61,736 nt of DNA from an uncultured bacterium (GTDB lineage Bacteria > Patescibacteriota > Minisyncoccia > Phycocordibacterales > PALSA-1337), in assembly GCA_903905325.1 (NCBI GenBank), contig CAIVGA010000055.1, positions 1 through 61,736 on the forward strand, read 5' to 3'. The first letter of the stretch is position 1, and each line of letters starts with the position of its first letter. The notes under the pieces are model-generated. The model saw only the letters and a program-made list of their open reading frames with translations, did not search any database and was not told where the DNA came from. Shown here in pieces: positions 16,503 through 26,383 of this stretch. The position numbers and the translations under genes are program-made.

Positions 16503-18341
16503 CTAATCCTCACTTCGCATCATTTTGACGAAGACTTCTTGAGGAATAATCACAGATCCGTGCTCTTTTAGGCGCTTGCGTCCTTCTTTTTGTTTCTCAC
16601 GCAACTTCATCTTACGAGTAATATCTCCGCCAGAAAGAGTTCCGGCTGCATCTTTCTTTACACCAGAAAGTGAGCGCGATGACAAAATACGTCCAAAAGC
16701 CGTGGCTTGGATCTTATATGTAAACAATTCGCGAGGGAGAATTTTGTGTAAACGTTCGACTGTAGTTTCTGCATCTTGCTCAACTCTACGACGCGAGACA
16801 ACACGTGCAAAAGCTGGTACTGGCTCATCGGCGATCAAGACATCCATACGTACAACATCGGCTTTGCGGTTATCAACAATGTCATAAGAAATAGAGGCAT
16901 AACCAGAAGAAATACTTTTTACTTCATCAAAGAAATTTCTCATAAGCTCACGAAGTGGCATATTGAGAGTAAGAAGGGTTCTATTGTCACCAAAGTTTTC
17001 TGTACCAACAACTTCACCTTCGTGGTCATATAAAGATTTCATCAAACCACTGAGATACGCTGGTGGCGTAATAATTTTCAAAAGCACGATAGGTTCCATA
17101 ACTTCGATAATGTCGTGATCATCTGGAAAAAGTGATGGTGAATAAACTTTCACGGACTTGCCATTTTTGAGCTTTACTTCATAAGTAATAGTCGGCATGG
17201 TCACGACGAGGTTGAGATTGAATTCGCGACGTAGACGTTCGGTGATAATTTCCAAATGCAACATTCCAAGAAATCCACAACGATAACCTTTTCCGAGAGT
17301 ACCTGACGCTTCTTCTTCAAAAGAAAAAGCTGAATCAGAAAGACGCAAGCGACCAAGTGCTTGTTTCAAAAGTGGAAGATCATCCTGACTTTCTGGATAA
17401 ATAGAAGCCCAAACGACAGGTCGTGGTACCGCGTAACCATGTAATGGTTCTGAAGTGTCCTTGGGAGAAGCCACAGTATCTCCTACAGAGGCTATACCAG
17501 GCTCCTTGATACCAGTGACGATATAGCCTATCTCACCAGCACTCAAGGTAGCCGTAGGAGTTTCGGCCGGAGCAAAAATACCAACGTCTATTGCTTCGAA
17601 TTCCCTGTCGGCTATTTTGAATTTCAAACGATCACGTTTTTTTGCAGAACCGCTCATAACGCGAACGTAAACGATGACACCTGTATGATTGGAATATTGA
17701 AAATCAAAAATAAGTGCGTTAAAAGCGTTTGAAGCGATGGCGGCTGGCGCTACGAGCGCGTTCGAAGGCTCCGGAACTCTGCGTACCACTTCATTCAAAA
17801 GATGTTCCACACCTTCACCAGTTTTTCCAGAAACTTTTATGACATCAGCTTCTTCACATTCAAGAAGTGTGGCAACTTCATTTATAACTTCTTCTGTACG
17901 TGCGAGTGGAGAATCGATTTTGCTAACAACTGGAATAATAACGAGTCCAGCTTCACGAGCCATGTTGAGAGTTGTGAGTGTTTGAGCTTGCACACCTTGA
18001 GTTGCGTCAACGAGTAAAATAGAACCTTCTACAGCTCGTAACGCACGCGAGACTTCATATGAGAAGTCAATGTGACCGGGCGTGTCGATGAGGTTGAGGA
18101 TGTAATCATTTGCTGGCGCACTGCTTTGTGCGGATTCTGTGATTCGCCACTTCATACGAACTGGCTGCATTTTGATGGTAATGCCACGCTCACGCTCAAG
18201 TTCCATAGAATCTAGAACTTGTTCCTGCATTTTGCGTTTTTCGATGGTTCCAGTGATCTCGAGCATACGATCAGCTAAAGTCGACTTTCCGTGGTCGATG
18301 TGAGCGATAATAGAAAAATTACGGATATGTTGAGGATTCAT
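16503..18341 (-). CDS. lepA: Translation elongation factor 4 (LepA)
   Basis: IRNFSIIAHIDHGKSTLADR, NLIDTPGHIDF, full LepA C-terminal domain. The start is set at MNPQHIRNF. Confidence 0.95.
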   Translation of the reverse strand: MNPQHIRNFSIIAHIDHGKSTLADRMLEITGTIEKRKMQEQVLDSMELERERGITIKMQPVRMKWRITESAQSSAPANDYILNLIDTPGHIDFSYEVSRALRAVEGSILLVDATQGVQAQTLTTLNMAREAGLVIIPVVSKIDSPLARTEEVINEVATLLECEEADVIKVSGKTGEGVEHLLNEVVRRVPEPSNALVAPAAIASNAFNALIFDFQYSNHTGVIVYVRVMSGSAKKRDRLKFKIADREFEAIDVGIFAPAETPTATLSAGEIGYIVTGIKEPGIASVGDTVASPKDTSEPLHGYAVPRPVVWASIYPESQDDLPLLKQALGRLRLSDSAFSFEEEASGTLGKGYRCGFLGMLHLEIITERLRREFNLNLVVTMPTITYEVKLKNGKSVKVYSPSLFPDDHDIIEVMEPIVLLKIITPPAYLSGLMKSLYDHEGEVVGTENFGDNRTLLTLNMPLRELMRNFFDEVKSISSGYASISYDIVDNRKADVVRMDVLIADEPVPAFARVVSRRRVEQDAETTVERLHKILPRELFTYKIQATAFGRILSSRSLSGVKKDAAGTLSGGDITRKMKLREKQKEGRKRLKEHGSVIIPQEVFVKMMRSED

Positions 18342-18452
18342 AACAGTGCTAGAAATATAGCATTTTTCTAGTAATTGTCTAACTTTGCTATATATGCTAG
18401 CCTTTCCTTTGGAAATAGAAAACGCAGACAACTCAATAGAAAGAGGACTGAA

Positions 18453-19127
18453 ATGATCTTAGTCACAAATATCCCATGTCTACCAAGAGACATCTCAAAA
18501 GACGTGCTGGAACAAATCTGCAGAGCTGAAGAAGCACTTTACAATGGACCGTACAAATCACGGCTCGATACAATGCGTCATGTACTCATGGTCGCATACG
18601 GTCGACCAGTAAAAACGGAGATCGAAACTCGGCACGGTTTAAAAGCTGGTTCATTACTTATCAGCTCAACTTACGTGACAGCGATCGTTGCAGATGGTGA
18701 AGATTCAACACTCAATTGCTTTGATATACCGAAGACGATCGGCCAAGTTACAGTGGTCGACGAGGGCTCAGCAATCAGCGGTGCATTTCTTTGTGGGTCG
18801 CGAATACTTCGTGACAATACAATCACGTACGTTGTTGCACCAGGTGAGCATGCCAAAGTTTTTCAACATCTCCGAAAAAAATTGGAGGAACTACATAAAT
18901 TCAATGAGTTGTGTGAATTGGCAACTGAAAAACAGTGTCACATGACTCCACGGAAAGAACGCATAGCAGTCACATTGGAACAGCGCCATCGTGAAGCGCG
19001 TGGAAACCTACGCCAAATAACTTGTCCGGAAGAAGCTGGAATTCTTGGCCTTCTGGCAGGAAAAAACTTGGTGCGTGTATTCGGCACCCCAGAAGCACAG
19101 CAACAACTGCAGACTCAAACTGGATAA
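18453..19127 (+). CDS. Hypothetical cytoplasmic protein (orphan A), Shine-Dalgarno-led
   Basis: AAGAGGA at 18441-18447 lies 5 nt before ATG 18453. No TM segments and no recognisable motif. GC looks higher than in neighbours. Confidence 0.6.
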   Translation: MILVTNIPCLPRDISKDVLEQICRAEEALYNGPYKSRLDTMRHVLMVAYGRPVKTEIETRHGLKAGSLLISSTYVTAIVADGEDSTLNCFDIPKTIGQVTVVDEGSAISGAFLCGSRILRDNTITYVVAPGEHAKVFQHLRKKLEELHKFNELCELATEKQCHMTPRKERIAVTLEQRHREARGNLRQITCPEEAGILGLLAGKNLVRVFGTPEAQQQLQTQTG

Positions 19128-19151
19128 GTGATTCGGTACCAAACCGCCAAT

Positions 19152-19190
19152 AGTCGTCGCTTCCACACGGAAGCCTCGGCTATTTTTATT
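19152..19190 (+). terminator. Terminator after orphan A
   Basis: Stem AGTCG..GCTTCC-ACAC-GGAAGC..CGGCT followed by ATTTTTATTT. Confidence 0.55.
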
Positions 19191-19223
19191 TACATATTAA
19201 TTCCAACTACGCTACGGCAAATT

Positions 19224-20906
19224 TTATAAATGCTCCACTTCCGCTGGTGGAACTGGCACAACCTTCCAGATTTTACTGTGCAAAGTTTTCCAAACTTCCT
19301 GCAACTCTTTATTTTGAAGCATAATAAGAACCCATACACCGACAGCTAGACCAATAATTCCAGAACAGAATCCTTGCATAAATATTCCCCATACTTTTTC
19401 GAGTGGAAAGACGAGAGAGAAAGCTCGCAAACATATGAACGAAACATACCCCATGATGATCGATGCAGACAAACTATGGAAAAATGTTTCTAGAACTGGT
19501 TTACTAAAACCTTTATAAGATTTTTCAAACATTACCCAATGCAAGAATGTATTCAGAATAACTCCGATGGAATACGCCAGTGGCAACATAAGAGCGTTAG
19601 TACCAGGCTGACCATCTACACGCAAAAGATTTTCTATAAAATATTGGAATACAGGTACGTGATTGAAAATATGAACTAGGCTAAAACCCAGAATAATGAT
19701 CGTACAAGCTGAAATAACGTTGATGAGCAATGGTTTTGCGGTCTTACCTTCTGCATAGAAGGCTCGCACAAATAGCACGATAAGACTTTGACCAACTGTA
19801 GAAACAATAAATAATGCCAGCATGGCCGCAGTAAGACGTGTATCAGCCCAGTTGAACTTTCCAGCACCGAGAATTACGCGAACAATCTGCGCACGCAAAA
19901 CGATAAACAAAATCGTAATTGGCATTGACCAGAAAATAATGTGACGTGCTGCTGTGATCATTTTTTGTAGAAAGGCAGATGTGTTTTTATCATAAATAAG
20001 TTTTGACAAAGTCGGAAATACCGCAGATGAATAACTTACTCCGATCAAAGCCAAAGGAACAGACTGGAGATTGAAAGCCAGATTAAAAACAGAAATAGAA
20101 CCGGCGACGAGGAGTGATGCCATTGAGATAAAAATAAATTCAGCCAGCTCATTTGCAGAAAGAGTAAGTGTACGTGGAAAAGCTGTGAGAATTATCGGTT
20201 TTATCTTTGACCATTGGAAATTGGCAGTAAACTTCGGAAGAAGTCCTTCATGACGAAGAAATGGCAATTGAATTCCCATATGAAGAAAAGCTCCAAGTGC
20301 CACACCTACTGCGAGTCCGGCCAAACCGATAAATCTATATAAGAAAAATACCCCAACGATAATTCCGAGGTTATATACAACAGGAGACGCCGCATAGACG
20401 AGAAAGCGGTGACGCATTTGAGTCAGGCTTGAAAAAAGGTTTGAAAGCGCTAGGAAAATCGGTGATAAGAGCATGATACGCATTGCCAAGATAAGTTGTG
20501 GTAAAAGTGGATCATGAGCAAATCCTGGCAAAATAAATGGCACAAGCCATGGAGCAATAATTAATATAATTATACTGATCAAAATAATTATAGAGAAAAA
20601 TAATGTAAAAATAGAATCAGAAAAAGATTTTCCTTCTTCGTGGCTTCGGCTAAATGATTCTATAAAAAATGGAAGAAGAATAGACGCAGAAACAATAGAG
20701 CCTATAAGTGCAAATATAAAATCTGGCACACGAAATGCCGCATAATAAATATCTAGTTGGTGACCCGCACCGAATGTGAAAGCCAGAAGCTTGTCGCGAA
20801 AGAGCGCCAACACCGAGGAAAGCAAAGCAAAAATAGCCAACACGTAAGCGGCCTCGTGTAGACCCTTTATCTCTCTTCCCATTGCCGAAAAAAATCTTTT
20901 TACCAT
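19224..20906 (-). CDS. murJ: Lipid II flippase MurJ
   Basis: MVKRFFSAMGREIKGLHEAAYVLAIFALLSSVLALFRDKLLA..FGAG..LDIYYAAFRVPDF is the typical MurJ N-terminus, with 14 predicted TM. The track start at 20990 would run through the rnpB terminator. Confidence 0.88.
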   Translation of the reverse strand: MVKRFFSAMGREIKGLHEAAYVLAIFALLSSVLALFRDKLLAFTFGAGHQLDIYYAAFRVPDFIFALIGSIVSASILLPFFIESFSRSHEEGKSFSDSIFTLFFSIIILISIIILIIAPWLVPFILPGFAHDPLLPQLILAMRIMLLSPIFLALSNLFSSLTQMRHRFLVYAASPVVYNLGIIVGVFFLYRFIGLAGLAVGVALGAFLHMGIQLPFLRHEGLLPKFTANFQWSKIKPIILTAFPRTLTLSANELAEFIFISMASLLVAGSISVFNLAFNLQSVPLALIGVSYSSAVFPTLSKLIYDKNTSAFLQKMITAARHIIFWSMPITILFIVLRAQIVRVILGAGKFNWADTRLTAAMLALFIVSTVGQSLIVLFVRAFYAEGKTAKPLLINVISACTIIILGFSLVHIFNHVPVFQYFIENLLRVDGQPGTNALMLPLAYSIGVILNTFLHWVMFEKSYKGFSKPVLETFFHSLSASIIMGYVSFICLRAFSLVFPLEKVWGIFMQGFCSGIIGLAVGVWVLIMLQNKELQEVWKTLHSKIWKVVPVPPAEVEHL

Positions 20907-20952
20907 TTTGTTTTGGTTTTTGGTCTTATGGGCATAATAATAACATTTTGTT

Positions 20953-20986
20953 GGGCGAGAAAACACCCCGAATGAACGGGGTGTTT
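20953..20986 (-). terminator. Rho-independent terminator of RNase P RNA
   Basis: The minus strand reads AAACACCCC-GTTCATTC-GGGGTGTTT followed by TCTCGCCC. Confidence 0.8.
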
Positions 20987-20989
20987 CCA

Positions 20990-21393
20990 TATTGCCGCAC
21001 CATAAGCCGAATTCTGTTTAGACAACCATTTATCTAGGTCGCACATTACTGCGCGACTCGAGCGACTCTCTTCACCTCTTGCGAGATAAAGCACGGTCTT
21101 GCACTGAAGTAAGGATTTTGCCGTTGCACCCCACACGTTACCGTGCGGACTGATCCACCGAATTCGAAAAACGAATTTCGCGTTCCGGATTCGGTGGATC
21201 CTTCAATCATTTCTAATTGAAGCGTCTCTGTTCGCACCTCTGGTTATTAACCTGATGGGCGTTACCCATTACCCTTCTCGCGCGCCAGTCCGATAGACGA
21301 CCCTTTAGTCTATTTTCATCTGCCGAATTGGCGCGCCAGTGTTCGGACTTTCCTCACGTAAGCTTGCACTTACGCGCAGTTGTCTGGTGAGAC
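20990..21393 (-). ncRNA. rnpB: RNase P RNA, bacterial type A-like
   Basis: The minus strand contains the universally conserved GAGGAAAGTCCG (complement of 21346-21357 region) and ACAGAATTCGGCTTA (complement of ~21003-21017). P2 pairing AGACAAC/GTTGTCT. End coordinates are approximate (+/-10 nt). Confidence 0.9.
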
Positions 21394-21399
21394 GAGAGT

Positions 21400-21428
21400 A
21401 GTATAGCTTATATGAGGATGGTTGACAA
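21400..21428 (-). promoter_or_regulatory. rnpB promoter TTGTCA-17-TATACT
   Basis: -10 TATACT is the complement of 21400-21405 and -35 TTGTCA is the complement of 21423-21428, with a 17-nt spacer. The -35 overlaps a plus-strand TTGACA at 21422-21427. Confidence 0.7.
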
Positions 21429-21498
21429 GTATAGGTTAGTATTATAATGTATAAAACAGATTCACCAAACAATAATGTACTAACGTTGAAAGGCTAAA

Positions 21499-21972
21499 AT
21501 GTTAATTAACTCAGCACTTAATGGAGCTGTAAGTAAACTAGATTTGCAGATCTTAGATTTTGTCACTCTTTTATTAAATCGTGTCGTAGATGTGTGTGTA
21601 GAGGTTAAGATTCCCGAAAGCGCCCATCCACATTTGCACTGCCACTCAATATCCAGGGCCATAAGTCAAAACGTCAAACATGTACAATGTGTTGACGGAT
21701 ACATGCTCGGACTTCAACCAAACGAGTCAGGCCAGCTACTCTTGGTGAGAGCACTTCATTCTTGGTTGGTGACAAATGATAACACAATCATTGATCCTTA
21801 TCCGGTTGGATATGTGACACCGTGTCCAGTCTTAGCGGGAAAAGGAAAGTACGCAGCATTTGGATGTGTCATGTATCAGTCTAATAAAGATGTCACAAAA
21901 AAAATCTTAACGCCCAAAATGCTTCGTGAGACATGGTATCTCTCTAGAGTCATAAAGACCGTAATGTCTTGA
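21499..21972 (+). CDS. Small transglutaminase-like / papain-fold cysteine peptidase-like protein (orphan B), Shine-Dalgarno-led
   Basis: Order and spacing of HCHSISRAI ... VDGY ... HSWLV ... IIDP resemble the Cys-His-Asp transglutaminase-like core (GxCxxFA..., GY, HAW, DP). GAAAGG lies 5 nt before the ATG. Confidence 0.45.
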   Translation: MLINSALNGAVSKLDLQILDFVTLLLNRVVDVCVEVKIPESAHPHLHCHSISRAISQNVKHVQCVDGYMLGLQPNESGQLLLVRALHSWLVTNDNTIIDPYPVGYVTPCPVLAGKGKYAAFGCVMYQSNKDVTKKILTPKMLRETWYLSRVIKTVMS

Positions 21973-21990
21973 ATGAACTGAATTCTAAAC

Positions 21991-22029
21991 AAAAAGTCAT
22001 GTAGTACAAGAATACCTACATGACTTTTT
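21991..22029. terminator. Bidirectional terminator between orphan B and nrdJ
   Basis: Perfect 14-bp stem AAAAAGTCATGTAG / CTACATGACTTTTT with an 11-nt loop. A/T tracts on both sides. Confidence 0.8.
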
Positions 22030-22048
22030 TATTTTACTAATAACAATC

Positions 22049-24373
22049 CTACAAAATCTCACAAACCCCAGAGGCACAAGCCAATTCTTTTTTGAGATCC
22101 AAATCATTCTGCTTCTCGTAGGTAATGATCTTAGAATAATCTATATGCTCGAGACGCTTTGCCAACTCCTTGAACTTGGCTTCATCGATAGCTTCATAAG
22201 GAGCAAGTTTGTAGACATGGTCTTCGCGTGGCAAGAATGACAAACCTCCAACGATATCCCAGTTGCTATAAACCCAGTTGGCAACTTGTATCCACTCGTC
22301 ATTGCCGATCGAGATAGTTACAGAAGGATTATGTTCTGTAAAATTCTCCTTGACCATTTTCCAATATTCGAGCTGCTCGATAGCGGTAAGATCATTTTTG
22401 AAAGTCGTAGTTCCCTTTGGTGCTGCTACTGGAAATTCTAGAACGAAGGTTGTGGCATTCTCCATAGTCTGACCAACTTCTGGGAAATAAGGAACTCCCT
22501 GATCCTTAAGCATTTTGAACAAACTATCTGTGGAAGCGATACGAGCTCGGCGAATATAATACTTGGAGTGACGAGGGTGCATACCAGATGAACAATCGAA
22601 AGTCTGTGATCCATTTCCTGATGGCTTAACACAAGTTACAGCTGTAGACTCGCTGATACCAAATCTCTTGGCAAACTCTTTGTTGACTTTGATAACCTCA
22701 TCACGAAGCTTGACCATAACTTCTGGCTTGCGTACTGCTGGACAGTCCCACTGACCAGTGATGGATACTCCTAGAAGACGCTCCTTTTCACAGTGCTCTT
22801 TCCATTCCTTCGAAAGATATGGGAAATGTGTGAGCATAGACTGATATGTTCCAAGAATAGCAGCAATACGAATCTTCTTCATGAGAGACTTCTCAGTATC
22901 TTCAGCACGAGCAACTACTTCTGAAAGGTTACAGAACTGCTTTGACTGAAGAATGATTTCTCCACAAGGATTGACTCCGATGAGACCGACGATGTGCTGG
23001 CCAGATGAATCAAAGTAACCTTTGTACTCCTTTAGAACCTTGATTCGGCGCTCTGGCAAAGTCTTGGCGAGAGAACCACGGTTGAATATACCGCGTTCAC
23101 CTGCACGACTCTCTATAAGGGCCATCCATTCCTTCAAAAACTCTTCATTAGTAGGCTTGTTGACATAAACTGCGGAGTTATTGGCGAGCATTCGGTGAGG
23201 ATGAGTAAGGTAGAATGCACCACGCTTTGCATCACGAACTTCATTATCGTCGAGATCAGACAGAGAAATAAGAGCACTGCGACGAACTCCACCAGAAACT
23301 ATGCACTCACCCATCATACAAATAATGTCATGAATATCGATATTGCGTAGACGCTTGCCCTGACGATCGATCATAACCTGACGAGTAAAGTCTAGAAGAC
23401 GCTTGAGCGGTTCTGGACCAGAAGCTTTACCACCCATAGTTTTCAAACGTGAACCAAGTGGACGGATCTGAGAATAATCGAATTCTACATCTTTTCCTGA
23501 AGCCCAAGTAGTTGCACCTTTGACGAAAGCCTGACACCAACCTTCCTTTGAGTCATCAATAATATGAGGATGAACTTTCTCACCCGTTTGCATCATAATC
23601 TGAGGAAACTTCTGTACATTGGCACTTTCTGCTGAGAATCCCATACCTGTACCACACATCGAGACATACATGATCTCCGACATATCTTGAAAAGATTCCG
23701 GAGCAATGAAAGCACAGTTGTAAGCACAGACATTGGTCTTGCGCGCAGCAGCACCAGCGAATTGTACGAGACGCATTGAAGGAATTGACCACTGATTCAA
23801 AATATATTCACGAATCTCTTTGTATTCTGCGTCCTTGAGTTTGGCACCGAGGTTTTCGCGCATGAATCCCATATAACGATTCACTGTCTCGATCCATGTC
23901 TCGCGACGACTCTCTTCATCAATCCATTTTGAGTAAGTTCTGTAATAAACGAATTCACCCAAAGCATTACGGAAATATTTTTTTGACTCCGTGGCAAGCT
24001 TACGAACATTTTCTGGAACCTCCAAACCTTTTGCACGAATCTTGGCCCGCTCTTCACGATACAAAACGTAGTGTTTTGCAGTCTTCACATAATCAGAACG
24101 CATAAGTTCTGCTTCGACGATATCCTGAATACCCTCAACGGTAGGAGTAAAGTTGGCAAATTTCTTTTTGATACGGATAAGTTCCGCCAAAACCTGATTT
24201 GCGACCATGCGAGACTCTTCCAAAGAGCCTTCACCAACAGTAGTCATACCTTTATTGATAGCAGCAACAATTTTCTCTAAATCAAACGGTAATGTTCGAC
24301 CATCTCTCTTGATAATTGTAGGAATCGTCGGCGCTTTTACCGCGACCGATGCGGTTTTTTTCTTCTTTTGCAT
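22049..24373 (-). CDS. nrdJ: Adenosylcobalamin-dependent (class II) ribonucleotide reductase
   Basis: 774 aa. VNPCGEIILQSKQFCNLSEV active-site loop, GTGMGFS, GGVRRSALISLSD, typical class II architecture. Confidence 0.92.
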   Translation of the reverse strand: MQKKKKTASVAVKAPTIPTIIKRDGRTLPFDLEKIVAAINKGMTTVGEGSLEESRMVANQVLAELIRIKKKFANFTPTVEGIQDIVEAELMRSDYVKTAKHYVLYREERAKIRAKGLEVPENVRKLATESKKYFRNALGEFVYYRTYSKWIDEESRRETWIETVNRYMGFMRENLGAKLKDAEYKEIREYILNQWSIPSMRLVQFAGAAARKTNVCAYNCAFIAPESFQDMSEIMYVSMCGTGMGFSAESANVQKFPQIMMQTGEKVHPHIIDDSKEGWCQAFVKGATTWASGKDVEFDYSQIRPLGSRLKTMGGKASGPEPLKRLLDFTRQVMIDRQGKRLRNIDIHDIICMMGECIVSGGVRRSALISLSDLDDNEVRDAKRGAFYLTHPHRMLANNSAVYVNKPTNEEFLKEWMALIESRAGERGIFNRGSLAKTLPERRIKVLKEYKGYFDSSGQHIVGLIGVNPCGEIILQSKQFCNLSEVVARAEDTEKSLMKKIRIAAILGTYQSMLTHFPYLSKEWKEHCEKERLLGVSITGQWDCPAVRKPEVMVKLRDEVIKVNKEFAKRFGISESTAVTCVKPSGNGSQTFDCSSGMHPRHSKYYIRRARIASTDSLFKMLKDQGVPYFPEVGQTMENATTFVLEFPVAAPKGTTTFKNDLTAIEQLEYWKMVKENFTEHNPSVTISIGNDEWIQVANWVYSNWDIVGGLSFLPREDHVYKLAPYEAIDEAKFKELAKRLEHIDYSKIITYEKQNDLDLKKELACASGVCEIL

Positions 24374-24668
24374 ATGTGACGCGGATCAGAGCGGGCTTGC
24401 CATGAAGCGCGAATAAATTAATGAATTAATAATACTGCTTTCAACTCAAAGGAACTTTATGTGCTAATTGTAGCGCGTAAAATAAAAACTGGAAAGGTCT
24501 AGCAAGCTTTTTTTGATGATTTTTTATGAAAAAAATATTCTAAATATAAAATATTCTCTTGTGAAGGGCTTGAGCTAGAATAAAAGCCTATATAAGGGTT
24601 GTGGAACATTTTCAAAACAACTTTTTGACGAAGTACAAATATTACTTAATAAAGTTTTTAAAAAAAGG

Positions 24669-25283
24669 TCAAAAAATCAGGTTATCCCCAACTTTTATAT
24701 TATTTTTTTCTGCAAATCCGGCATTAACTTCCAAAACATACTTAACTGGTGATGAAGACTGAAAAGAACTTGGAAAAGTATCAGGAGAAATGTTGTCAGT
24801 AATGTCTATGACTTGTTTATTTTCATCAATCCAAATCATATCGAGAGAAAAAAGCATATCTTTCATCCAAAATTTATAAATTTGTGATGTTGAAAAAACA
24901 AAAAGCATTCCTTCATTCATTGGTAGTGATTCCCTATCACCTAAACCTTTCTCTTGGGTGGTCTGATCATCAGCAGCATATGCTTTTATTGTTGTGTTGG
25001 CGGTTTTTATAGAAATAATCCGAAGTGGAGAGGTGGTGGCAGCGTTTGTGGTGGTAGAAATAGCTGTTGTAGTAGTAGAAACGGCCAAAACAGTGGTAGA
25101 AGAGGCGAAATCTGTAGTTGAAGATGATGTTATAGGAGTTGATGAAGCAATGGCAGGAGTCGACGAGGCTATAAATTCACCGAGTGAAGGAAATGCTCCA
25201 CTAGAGATTAATGCATGTGACAAATAAATAATTCCACCGATGCCAATTATTATAAAAAGTAAAACATATATAGCACGTGACAT
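24669..25283 (-). CDS. DUF192-domain protein with N-terminal TM anchor and Ser/Thr-rich linker
   Basis: ..MNEGMLFVF....KFWMKDMLFSLDMIWIDENKQVIDI....YVLEVNAGFAEKNNIKVGD matches the DUF192 (COG1430) pattern. Confidence 0.75.
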   Translation of the reverse strand: MSRAIYVLLFIIIGIGGIIYLSHALISSGAFPSLGEFIASSTPAIASSTPITSSSTTDFASSTTVLAVSTTTTAISTTTNAATTSPLRIISIKTANTTIKAYAADDQTTQEKGLGDRESLPMNEGMLFVFSTSQIYKFWMKDMLFSLDMIWIDENKQVIDITDNISPDTFPSSFQSSSPVKYVLEVNAGFAEKNNIKVGDNLIF

Positions 25284-25401
25284 GATTCTATTATACTAGC
25301 ATATTTGATTTATTTATGATATAATTTGAGAAGAGTTTGTTTGAAACTAATTTGAAAAATGATCTAAACAATTAATTGGCAATTGACCAAAGGAGATAAT
25401 A

Positions 25402-26298
25402 ATGACAATCGAAAATGAAATGCTAAGTCTTGAAGAGCAACTCGAGCGCTGGTTACCATGGTTGAGAGACCAGAAAAATCAGATCGACTTAGATTTGGAC
25501 TTAACAATGTCCAATATCAGACGTTTTCGTGATGCGACCGAATCGAGAAATGGAGTCAAAGCGAAATGGCCACTGACCATTGGTACAGATGCTGTCTTGG
25601 TTCCTAATCCAAGAGCAATAATCCAGTCGCGCTACATGACGAAACAACAAGTGATAGCCGACGACTTGCGAGCCACATGGAAAAAAGTGTGGCACAGGAA
25701 AGCGGAAAAAGTTGGCGACGAACGTAAGGACGTTTGCCGATTCTACCGCGGAATACGTGCTCGTACCTTGTCGTTTCTTTCAAAGCCGAACGAATTCGGT
25801 CGTCCAAGTGCAGTTGTTTGGGACTACTTGATGAAAATCAATGGTAGCCAAGCAAAGATGATCAACGACAAAGGGATAGACGAGAAAGAATGGTACAAAC
25901 TGTACAAATTCTGGGATCCAACTGCACAAGCGATTCGATTGGCTTCGCGGCAACAAGGCAGTTTCATGATCATTCTCTGTAGCATTGGTAGTACAGCGAG
26001 AGAACTCATGCCGTCTGATGTACGCACACGGCTAATGTCCAACCAATTCCCTCTTCCTACACCATTGCTAAATTGCTGGATTGCAGCTCACAAATCAAAG
26101 ATTCCGGTAGGTAAATTCGGAATGCTTGGCGATGATTATGGAATTCTGAACGTGCAAAAAGAATGGGAACATCACGCCATATCGGTCGAAATCTCGTCAG
26201 CGTTTGTTGTTAAGTATGAACATCTATACGTTGACCAGATTTCAAGTTTCATTCCAACAATCGGCCAGGTTCCACAAATGTTGATGCATGAAAACTAA
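25402..26298 (+). CDS. Hypothetical cytoplasmic protein (orphan C), Shine-Dalgarno-led
   Basis: AAGGAG at 25390-25395 lies 6 nt before the ATG. 298 aa, Trp-rich, no TM segments, no recognisable motif. Confidence 0.6.
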   Translation: MTIENEMLSLEEQLERWLPWLRDQKNQIDLDLDLTMSNIRRFRDATESRNGVKAKWPLTIGTDAVLVPNPRAIIQSRYMTKQQVIADDLRATWKKVWHRKAEKVGDERKDVCRFYRGIRARTLSFLSKPNEFGRPSAVVWDYLMKINGSQAKMINDKGIDEKEWYKLYKFWDPTAQAIRLASRQQGSFMIILCSIGSTARELMPSDVRTRLMSNQFPLPTPLLNCWIAAHKSKIPVGKFGMLGDDYGILNVQKEWEHHAISVEISSAFVVKYEHLYVDQISSFIPTIGQVPQMLMHEN

Positions 26299-26317
26299 GA
26301 AACTACAATCATAAACC

Positions 26318-26347
26318 AGGGGTTGCCACACCAGCGGCCCCTTTTTC
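26318..26347 (+). terminator. Terminator after orphan C
   Basis: AGGGGTTGC-CACACCA-GCGGCCCCT followed by TTTTC. Confidence 0.65.
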
Positions 26348-26383
26348 TTTGCCAAATTTTCGCGGTGATTAATACGCAAATCT

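Noticed and set aside
19224-20990. Over-extended ORF-track N-termini: murJ to 20990, DedA-PAP2 to 14363, fba to 41796, obg to 49109, lepA to 18431, LOG to 45654, secG from 33479, rpmE to 7348
   Set aside because: The extensions have non-homologous, Cys/Tyr-rich or low-plausibility sequence. They run through promoters, terminators or neighbouring genes. Conserved family N-termini begin at internal Met codons that have a -10 box just upstream.
24530-24560. NrdR boxes upstream of nrdJ
   Set aside because: The AT-rich repeats (AATATT x2) do not form the 16-bp palindromes of the NrdR consensus as I recall it (acaCwAtATaTwGtgt). No nrdR gene is visible here.
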